The notes under the pieces are model-generated. The model saw only the letters and a list, made by a program, of their open reading frames with translations. It did no database searches and was not told the origin of the DNA. The position numbers and the translations under genes are program-made. A DNA stretch of 53,221 bases from Deltaproteobacteria bacterium (GTDB lineage: Bacteria; Desulfobacterota; GWC2-55-46; DRQE01): contig DAOVXI010000001.1 in NCBI GenBank assembly GCA_030636245.1, positions 1 to 53,221 on the forward strand, read 5' to 3'. Of the stretch, positions 46,770 to 53,221 are shown one piece after another; position 1 is the stretch's first letter; each line of letters begins with the position of its first letter.

Positions 46770-47573
46770 ATGGTAAAGATAACGGTAATGGGAGCCGCCG
46801 GCAGGATGGGCAAGAACATCATCACGGCGATCGATGCAAACCCCGAGGCAACGCTGGGCGGAGCAACAGAGGCTCCGGGTCATCCGAACCTTGGAGCGGA
46901 TGCGGCCGCCTTGGCCGGTTTTGAAGTAAGCGGTGTTACGGTCGTAGAAGACACAACGGATGCGATAAAGGCCTCGGATGTTGTCATCGACTTTACCACA
47001 CCCGAGGTATCCATCAGGACGGCAGAGATCGCAACAGAGCTCGGGAAAAGCATAGTGATCGGAACTACAGGTTTTTCATCTGCTCACCGTGAAAAAATAA
47101 CCGAGCTTGCTGAAAATAACCGTATAGTGCTTGCGCCGAACATGAGCGTTGGGGTTAATCTTCTCTTAAAGCTCGTGGAGGAGGCGGCAAGCGTGCTCCA
47201 CGAAACCTTTGATATCGAGATAGTCGAGGCACATCACAGGCATAAGGCTGATGCACCTTCGGGCACGGCCATAAGGATCGCCGAGGTTGCCGCATTTGGT
47301 GCAAAAAGAAAGCTTGAGGATGTTGCCGTATATGAAAGAAAGGGTATAATTGGAGAGAGGACGCGTGAGGAGATAGGTATCCAGACACTCAGGGCCGGCG
47401 ATATAGTCGGCGATCACACGGTACTCTTTGGCGGTGATGGAGAAAGACTGGAACTTACGCACAGGGCACACTCGCGCATGACATTCGCAAGTGGTGCGGT
47501 AAGGGCTGCGGTGTGGGTAACAAAGCAGGATACCGGGCTATTTGATATGCAGGATGTTTTGGGTCTTAAATAA
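46770..47573 (+). CDS. dapB: 4-hydroxy-tetrahydrodipicolinate reductase
   Basis: GAAGRMG N-terminus and EAHHRHKADAPSGTA signature. Confidence 0.95.
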   Translation: MVKITVMGAAGRMGKNIITAIDANPEATLGGATEAPGHPNLGADAAALAGFEVSGVTVVEDTTDAIKASDVVIDFTTPEVSIRTAEIATELGKSIVIGTTGFSSAHREKITELAENNRIVLAPNMSVGVNLLLKLVEEAASVLHETFDIEIVEAHHRHKADAPSGTAIRIAEVAAFGAKRKLEDVAVYERKGIIGERTREEIGIQTLRAGDIVGDHTVLFGGDGERLELTHRAHSRMTFASGAVRAAVWVTKQDTGLFDMQDVLGLK

Positions 47574-47603
47574 TATAATTGAAAAATAAGAGGAGCTAAA
47601 AAA

Positions 47604-48473
47604 ATGTTCAAAAAAATTAATATCAGACTTACGATCATAACAGCCATGAGTTTTTGTCTCTTGGTTTTTGCCGGCGGGTGTACGCCCGAGGAAAGCAAGA
47701 CCGGAAGTGAAGACACCAGGGAGGCGCTTGAAGGATCGCTCCATGTCGCAGGGTGCGCCGGAGATTGCAAGGACTGCCATAAGATAACAAAAGAGGAAGC
47801 GGCAGCCTTGATGAAAGCCGATACGATCGGCGTTACCATCACCAAGGTCGAGGAGAGCAACATAAAGGGTTTTTGGTCTGTTAAATTCTCGAAGCCTGGG
47901 CAGCCGGGTGAGGGTACGATCTACCTTGATTTTTCAAAGAAGTATCTTTTGGAAGGCAAGCTCATCCCGCTCGATAAGATAGGTGTACAACCGGAGAGGC
48001 AGAAAACAGATGTATCAAAGATATCCCTTGAGGATGCTCTTTTGGTCGGAGATAAGAACGCTAAGTATAAGGTAATCGTTTTTGACGATCCCGAGTGTCC
48101 TTACTGTAAAAAATTCCATGATGTGCTTGTTGAGGTTGTGAAGGAAAGAAGCGATGTTGCGTTTTATCTTATAATGTTCCCGCTTGATAGTCACCCAACA
48201 GCTTTTGACAAGGCCAAGACGATCGTTTGTGAGAAGTCGGTAAAGCTCCTTGAGGATGCTTACGTTCATAAGGCCATCCCGGCACCTACATGTGAAACGG
48301 ATGCTATCGAGAAGAACATAGCGCTAGCAAGAAGCCTTGGCATAAGCGGAACGCCGGCGATAATATTCCCGGACGGCACGATAATCCCTGGTTTTGTTCA
48401 GAAGCCACAGTTCTATCAGCTCCTGAGCATACACAACGGCACCAACACAAGTGGTGAGGAGCAGAAGAAGTAG
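47604..48473 (+). CDS. DsbC/DsbG-like thiol:disulfide interchange lipoprotein with extra N-terminal Cys cluster
   Basis: Lipobox FAGGC. DsbC-like N-terminal domain. Thioredoxin fold with the CPYC active site and GTPAIIF. Additional CAGDCKDCH near the N-terminus. Confidence 0.75.
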   Translation: MFKKINIRLTIITAMSFCLLVFAGGCTPEESKTGSEDTREALEGSLHVAGCAGDCKDCHKITKEEAAALMKADTIGVTITKVEESNIKGFWSVKFSKPGQPGEGTIYLDFSKKYLLEGKLIPLDKIGVQPERQKTDVSKISLEDALLVGDKNAKYKVIVFDDPECPYCKKFHDVLVEVVKERSDVAFYLIMFPLDSHPTAFDKAKTIVCEKSVKLLEDAYVHKAIPAPTCETDAIEKNIALARSLGISGTPAIIFPDGTIIPGFVQKPQFYQLLSIHNGTNTSGEEQKK

Positions 48474-48513
48474 CGGTTGTTAACCCTCGGTTTTTATGGT
48501 ATTTTTTTATGAA

Positions 48514-48588
48514 TGGAGCCGGCGGGCAGAATCGAACTGCCGACCAACTGATTACGAATCAGTTGCTCTACCCCTGAGCTACGCCGGC
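48514..48588 (-). tRNA. tRNA-Thr (anticodon CGT), CCA encoded
   Basis: The reverse complement is GCCGGCGTAGCTCAGGGGTAGAGCAACTGATTCGTAATCAGTTGGTCGGCAGTTCGATTCTGCCCGCCGGCTCCA. All four stems pair perfectly by hand. Anticodon loop TTCGTAA. Confidence 0.9.
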
Positions 48589-48782
48589 CCGGAAGGACTT
48601 GTTGGGTAGTTTGATAAAATCCTTATAATTAGATCTGTTTAAGAATAATGCCCCTGCCGTAAAGGCGGGGGCACTAAGTGAATATTAAGGTAAAGAGAAA
48701 CATTTGTCAAGGGTTAGGGTATCTAAAAGGGTATAGCCCGCATGACGGAAAAAGCCATTACATCTCAGAAATATCTTTGAAA

Positions 48783-50213
48783 ATGGAAACAAAAAAGAAT
48801 ACAAAAAAGATCCTTATCGTTGACGATGATGCGCTGATAGTCAAGATGCTTACGGATATCCTCGTAAGCAAGGGCTTTGATGTCAGGTCTATCTCCGGCG
48901 GTAAAAATGCCGTGGCAGAGGTAAAAACATGGCTCCCTGACCTTATACTTTTAGACCTGATCATGGATGACATGGACGGTGTCGAGGTCTGTAAGGCCAT
49001 AAGAGCTTTAGATATCTCAAAACGACCCTCTATCGTTATCATTTCCATAAAAGACGAGAAAAAGATCATTGCTGATGCGCTTACGATCGGTGCTGACGAC
49101 TTTATTGTAAAGCCTATTGATGAGCTTGAGCTTATCGCCCGTATCAATGCTCAATTAAGAATAAGTCAGTTTTACTCTGAGATAGACGAGGATAAAAAAA
49201 ACCTTGAACATATTCTGGATATAACAACAGCCCTGAGTGCCACGCTCGACACGGAAGAGGTCTTGAGCACGATGGTTCAGAAGGTTGCGGAGGTGACCGG
49301 TGCGGTAAGAAGCTCTATCGTTTTAATAGGGCGCGATAACGATGGTTATGTGCTTGTATCGAATGATAACTCTGACGTAAAGAACCTAAGGATAGATCTA
49401 AATAAGTATCCTGAGATAAAGAAGGTGCTTGAGATGAAGGCACCTCTTTCAGTTGAGAACATGACGAATAATCCGATAATGGGTGATGTCAAGGATTTTA
49501 TAACTGAACTTGAGGGAATGTGTGTGCTTGTAGTCCCGATTGTTTTCAATGAAGAGGTTCTCGGCACACTCTTTTTGAGGACAGCCAGGTCGGGCCGCGG
49601 CTTTAATGAAAAAGAACTTAACTTCTGTAAGATAGTCGCAAACGCTTCATACCATGCCATAAAGAACGCTAAGTTATATGAAGAGATAAGGGATGAGAAG
49701 GAAACCCTCCGGGAGATGGCAATAACCGATCAACTTACCGGACTTTATAATCACAATTACTTTTACAAGCGTCTTGAAGAAGAGTTTGAAAGAGCCGTGC
49801 GATATGATACCGAGCTTACGGTGCTTATGATGGACATTGATGATTTTAAGCGCATAAATGATAACTATGGTCATCGTGCGGGAGATAAGTCGCTTAATGA
49901 GGTTGCTACAATGATAAAGAAAGGGGTTAGAAAGATCGACTTTGTTGCTCGTTATGGTGGAGAAGAGTTCGCCGTTATACTGCCCCATACCCCTCTAAAG
50001 GGAGCGTTACTTGAAGCTGAAAGACTTAGAAAGCTTGTCTCCGATCACTCATACGCAGGACTTTTAAAGGAGAAGATCACTATAAGCATAGGGCTTGCTT
50101 CATACCCGATGACGGGGATAATGAACTCCGGAGACTTCGTTAATGAAGCGGACAACGCTCTTTATGAAGCAAAGCAGTCGGGTAAGAACTGTATCAGGAT
50201 GGCAAACGACTGA
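48783..50213 (+). CDS. Response regulator REC-GAF-GGDEF diguanylate cyclase
   Basis: The receiver has ILIVDDD...LILLDLIMDDMDG...VKP. A central GAF-like region follows. The C-terminal part has DQLTGLYNHNYF...RYGGEEFAVIL (GGEEF active site). The ATG at 48783 is preferred over 48678. Confidence 0.85.
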   Translation: METKKNTKKILIVDDDALIVKMLTDILVSKGFDVRSISGGKNAVAEVKTWLPDLILLDLIMDDMDGVEVCKAIRALDISKRPSIVIISIKDEKKIIADALTIGADDFIVKPIDELELIARINAQLRISQFYSEIDEDKKNLEHILDITTALSATLDTEEVLSTMVQKVAEVTGAVRSSIVLIGRDNDGYVLVSNDNSDVKNLRIDLNKYPEIKKVLEMKAPLSVENMTNNPIMGDVKDFITELEGMCVLVVPIVFNEEVLGTLFLRTARSGRGFNEKELNFCKIVANASYHAIKNAKLYEEIRDEKETLREMAITDQLTGLYNHNYFYKRLEEEFERAVRYDTELTVLMMDIDDFKRINDNYGHRAGDKSLNEVATMIKKGVRKIDFVARYGGEEFAVILPHTPLKGALLEAERLRKLVSDHSYAGLLKEKITISIGLASYPMTGIMNSGDFVNEADNALYEAKQSGKNCIRMAND

Positions 50214-50241
50214 TCATCACTAAACAAGGCCTTGTCTATAG

Positions 50242-51528
50242 TTAATTAGTATGACCACCTATCTTTATGGCGCACAGTCCGCCACACATCGTGCATACAT
50301 CCTCCTCTGTCGGGGGGCTTGAATCTCTGAGTTTCTGTGCCTTCACGGGATCTATTGAAAGCCTGATCTGTTCATCCCAATCCAAAGCCTTGCGTGCCTT
50401 GCTCATGCGAATGTCAGCGGCCATGTCCTTGCCCATGCCTACGTTCTTGGCTATGTCGCCTGCGTGTGCGGCGATTCGCGCGGCAATGACCCCTTCGGTG
50501 ACATCCTCAACCGTTGGAAGCCTCAGGTGTTCGCTTGGTGTAACGTAGCATAGGAAATCAACGCCTGCGCTTGCTGCGATCGCTCCACCGATGGCGCTCG
50601 TTATGTGATCATAGCCCGGAGCCGTGTCTGTGACAAGGGGGCCGAGAACATAGAACGGCGCGCCGTTACAAAGACGTTTTTGCAGAACAACATTCGCCTC
50701 TATCTGGTTTATGGGTACGTGCCCCGGACCCTCTACCATGACTTGAACATCATTGTCATAGGCACGCTTGGCAAGCTCACCTAGTGTTATAAGCTCGTCA
50801 ACCTGGGCACGGTCCGTGGCATCCGCAAGCGCGCCAGGGCGAAGCCCGTCGCCAAGGCTAATGGTCATGTCATACTTCTTGGCTATATCAATCAATCTGT
50901 CGTACTCTTCAAAGAGCGGATTTTCTTTTTTATTAAAACGCATCCACTCTGCCGTGAGTGCTCCTCCGCGGCTGACGACACCCATGATGCGGCCCTCTGC
51001 CTCAAGTTTGGCTATACTCCTCTGTGTCACTCCGCAGTGCACGGTTACAAAATCTACCCCGTCTTCCGCTTGTGTCTCTATCGCTTCAAACATCTCATCA
51101 GCGGTAAGCTCAACAAAGCTCTTGTCCTTTTTCTTCGCGTCCATTGCCGCCTGATATATGGGAACCGTACCGATCGGCACGGTTGACTCTTTTAGGATCT
51201 CAGCGCGTATCTCATTTATAGGCCCTCCTGTTGATAGGTCCATTACAGCATCTGCTCCCGCGTCGATCGCGGCGCGCAGCTTCAAGAGTTCTTCTTCTAT
51301 ATCAATATGGTCCTGGCTCGATCCTATGTTGGCGTTTACCTTTGTCTTAAGTCCTGTTCCAATGCCAAGCGGTTCGACATTGCCGCGTTTGATATTGTTT
51401 GATATTATAATTGTTCCATCGGCGATACCCTTACGGATAAACTCCGGTTGTACGCCTTCTCTTAAGGCAACACGCTTCATCTCTTCCGTGATCTTGCCTG
51501 CCTTTGCAGCACTTAGTCTTGTTGTCAT
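50242..51528 (-). CDS. thiC: Phosphomethylpyrimidine synthase ThiC (short form)
   Basis: NANIGSS, VTVHCGV and the C-terminal Fe-S motif CTMCGGLC. Length 428 aa. Confidence 0.95.
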   Translation of the reverse strand: MTTRLSAAKAGKITEEMKRVALREGVQPEFIRKGIADGTIIISNNIKRGNVEPLGIGTGLKTKVNANIGSSQDHIDIEEELLKLRAAIDAGADAVMDLSTGGPINEIRAEILKESTVPIGTVPIYQAAMDAKKKDKSFVELTADEMFEAIETQAEDGVDFVTVHCGVTQRSIAKLEAEGRIMGVVSRGGALTAEWMRFNKKENPLFEEYDRLIDIAKKYDMTISLGDGLRPGALADATDRAQVDELITLGELAKRAYDNDVQVMVEGPGHVPINQIEANVVLQKRLCNGAPFYVLGPLVTDTAPGYDHITSAIGGAIAASAGVDFLCYVTPSEHLRLPTVEDVTEGVIAARIAAHAGDIAKNVGMGKDMAADIRMSKARKALDWDEQIRLSIDPVKAQKLRDSSPPTEEDVCTMCGGLCAIKIGGHTN

Positions 51529-51546
51529 CTTGATTGCTCCTTTTAG

Positions 51547-52170
51547 TTAAGCTGTTTTGTCGATAAAATTCTTTGTTGCATCAGTTATATCGGTTGATGA
51601 AAATATGGATGAGATCAAGGCAATGCCAAAAGCTCCCGCATCAAGGACCTCATCCGCCCTTTCACTTGTTATGCCTCCCAGTGCAAAGACAGGGATACCT
51701 ATCTTTGAGGCAACATCTTTCAGTATTGCAACCCCTATCGCCTCACCGTACTTTGCCTTTGAAGGTGTGTCATATACCGGCCCCAAGGTTATAAAGTCGG
51801 CACCTTCCTTCTCGGCTATCAGTGCCTCTTCCAAACTATGGGTTGAAACGCCGATCAGCATATCTTCACCGAGAAGCTCCCTTGCTCTCTTTGGTGAAAA
51901 ACTTTTGGTTGTTAGCTGCACGCCGTCCGCTCTCAATGCGAGTGCCACGTCGCAGCGGTCATTAATTATAAGTTTTGCCTTATACTTTCTTGTTAACGCC
52001 CTGAGCTCTTCGCCATACTCAAAGAGTTCCAGTGTCGAGAGATCCTTCTCCCTCAACTGGATCGCCTTTGCTCCTCCCTCCAGGCTCTCCTGAACCGCCT
52101 TTTGTAGCGTCTTATTCTTAAGGCTTAAGCGGTCTGTGATGACGTAGAGCTTAAAGTCGGGGCTCGGCAT
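51547..52170 (-). CDS. thiE: Thiamine-phosphate synthase ThiE
   Basis: LYVITD N-terminus, IQLREK, INDR, DGVHL-like (DGVQLT), and GPVYDTPSK / ALGGI motifs. Confidence 0.9.
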   Translation of the reverse strand: MPSPDFKLYVITDRLSLKNKTLQKAVQESLEGGAKAIQLREKDLSTLELFEYGEELRALTRKYKAKLIINDRCDVALALRADGVQLTTKSFSPKRARELLGEDMLIGVSTHSLEEALIAEKEGADFITLGPVYDTPSKAKYGEAIGVAILKDVASKIGIPVFALGGITSERADEVLDAGAFGIALISSIFSSTDITDATKNFIDKTA

Positions 52171-52952
52171 TAAGCCTCTTCAGCTTTTCTGAAATACAGT
52201 TTTTTCGTAAGTATCACTAAAACAGCGCCGAGCACAAGAGCGATGCTTATGACCTGAGCTGTTTTAAGAGGTCCTATCATGAGGCTATCGGCACGGAAGA
52301 TCTCCACAAAAAATCTTCCTCCTGAGTACAACGCAATGTAAAGCGCAAAGACAAAGCCGCTCTTATACTCCCGTTTTCGCATAAAGAGCCAGAGGAACAA
52401 GAATATGGAAAAATTTAATATAAGTTCATAAAGCATTGTCGGGTGAAGAGGGATGCCGGGAAACTCGCGACCTGCTATGCTCTCGGCAGAGAAGACAATG
52501 CCCCAAGGCATATCCGTCGGCATTCCGTGCGCGTCACCGTTCATGAAGTTTCCAATGCGCCCAAAGCACTGGCCCTGGATAAGTACCGGGGCGCACGCGT
52601 CAGCCATGGGCCAGAAGCTGACGGACTTTCTTTTAAGGTAAATAACTCCCGCAACGAGGCCGCCGATGATACCTCCGTGAATGGCGAGCCCGCCGTGCCA
52701 CACGGCCGGTATCTCAACGGGATAATCCATGTAGTAGCCGAGGTTAAAGATAACATAGTAGATCCTTGCGCCAACAATACCGCCGATTATGACCCACATA
52801 AGGAAGTTAAGTGTCTCGTCATCGCTCAGGGCGATGCCCTTACGCCTAACCTCAGAGCGCAGCAAGAAACTTCCTATGATTATGGCTATGACATACATGA
52901 GGCCATAAAAACGCAGCTCAAAGGAGCCTATGGTAAAGATCACCGGATGCAT
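52170..52952 (-). CDS. lgt: Prolipoprotein diacylglyceryl transferase Lgt
   Basis: YGLMYVIAI, GARIYYV, GGLAIHGG, GRIGNFMNGDAHG, HPTMLYE. Its stop overlaps the thiE ATG (TAATG). Confidence 0.9.
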   Translation of the reverse strand: MHPVIFTIGSFELRFYGLMYVIAIIIGSFLLRSEVRRKGIALSDDETLNFLMWVIIGGIVGARIYYVIFNLGYYMDYPVEIPAVWHGGLAIHGGIIGGLVAGVIYLKRKSVSFWPMADACAPVLIQGQCFGRIGNFMNGDAHGMPTDMPWGIVFSAESIAGREFPGIPLHPTMLYELILNFSIFLFLWLFMRKREYKSGFVFALYIALYSGGRFFVEIFRADSLMIGPLKTAQVISIALVLGAVLVILTKKLYFRKAEEA

Positions 52953-52961
52953 TGAATTCTC

Positions 52962-53221
52962 CTACTCTATAATCCCGTCTAATGGGCTTGATGCCGTAGC
53001 GTAAAGTTTCTTTTGCATCCTGCCGGCTTCAAAGGCAAGGCGGCCGGCCTCGACGGCTTTTTTCATGGCACGTGCCATCTTTATCGGATCCTTCGCTCCC
53101 GCGATGCCCGTGTTCATAAGTACGCCGTCAACACCAAGCTCCATCGCCACGGCCGCGTCAGAGGCTGTACCAACCCCCGCGTCAACTATGACCGGAACGC
53201 TCACTGTTTCAAGTATTATTC
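52962..53221 (-). CDS. thiG: Thiazole synthase ThiG (5' part runs off the window)
   Basis: ...[61 protein letters not shown]... The frame stays open upstream of the ORF-track Met to the window edge. Confidence 0.9.
   Translation of the reverse strand, partial: IILETVSVPVIVDAGVGTASDAAVAMELGVDGVLMNTGIAGAKDPIKMARAMKKAVEAGRLAFEAGRMQKKLYATASSPLDGIIE

Noticed and set aside
50224-50235. Perfect 12-bp palindrome ACAAGGCCTTGT between the convergent GGDEF gene and thiC, as a possible bidirectional terminator
   Set aside because: The stem would have no loop and no flanking T/A runs. It is too short to call a terminator or an operator with any confidence.
51529-51546. TPP (THI-box) riboswitch upstream of thiC or thiE
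   Set aside because: The intergenic gaps inside the thiG-lgt-thiE-thiC string are 0-18 nt, too short for a ~100-nt riboswitch. Any THI-box must lie beyond the right window edge.

Overview
A 53.2-kb chromosomal window, mostly housekeeping genes. It comes from a diderm (Gram-negative-type) bacterium, because LolA, Lgt, an LptM-like lipoprotein, MltG and a GmhA-like protein are all present. Gene content looks deltaproteobacteria-like, but the taxon cannot be fixed from the sequence alone. I can support about 50 CDS and 3 tRNAs: Val-CAC, Ser-TGA and Thr-CGT. I found no rRNA, CRISPR array, transposase, integrase or recognisable defence genes. Gene order: glnE (runs off the left edge and is missing from the ORF track), tRNA-Val, ruvX-mltG, apbE and a DksA/TraR-like gene on the minus strand. 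Then comes the origin-proximal-type block mnmG-rsmG, 2x parS, parA-parB, followed by a bactofilin, a YafK-like L,D-transpeptidase and ilvE. Next is a five-gene atypical chemosensory cluster. After it come dcd (long form), ftsK, lolA, yajQ, a FecR-like gene, prmA, rsmE, hsp20, a DUF1844 gene, ubiX, serS and tRNA-Ser. An A+T-rich single-gene islet follows, then rhlE and sulP (minus strand). A 12.5-kb co-directional, tightly packed array comes next: NFACT/RqcH-like, DUF2156, TIGR01212 radical SAM, M29 aminopeptidase, SIS/GmhA-like, DHS-like, argH, LptM-like, lysA, dapF, dapA, dapB and a DsbC-like gene. The window ends with tRNA-Thr, a REC-GAF-GGDEF cyclase, and thiG-lgt-thiE-thiC on the minus strand (thiG runs off the right edge). 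The best candidate for an undescribed system is the chemosensory cluster at 13.6-21.0 kb. It encodes a PATAN(DUF4388)-REC-CheB-like fusion that appears to lack the catalytic His. It also encodes a CheA with an internally duplicated module in place of P2, a CheY, a CheW and an MCP with a strongly degenerate signalling tip. No cheR is present in the cluster. The second candidate is the translationally coupled NFACT-DUF2156-radical SAM-aminopeptidase array. Smaller observations include ghost copies of the serS 5' end and the dapF 3' end, leaderless-type promoters, twin perfect parS sites, a histone-like tail on the DksA-like protein and a 21-bp coding tandem repeat. All family assignments come from motif recognition by eye. 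No database search was run.
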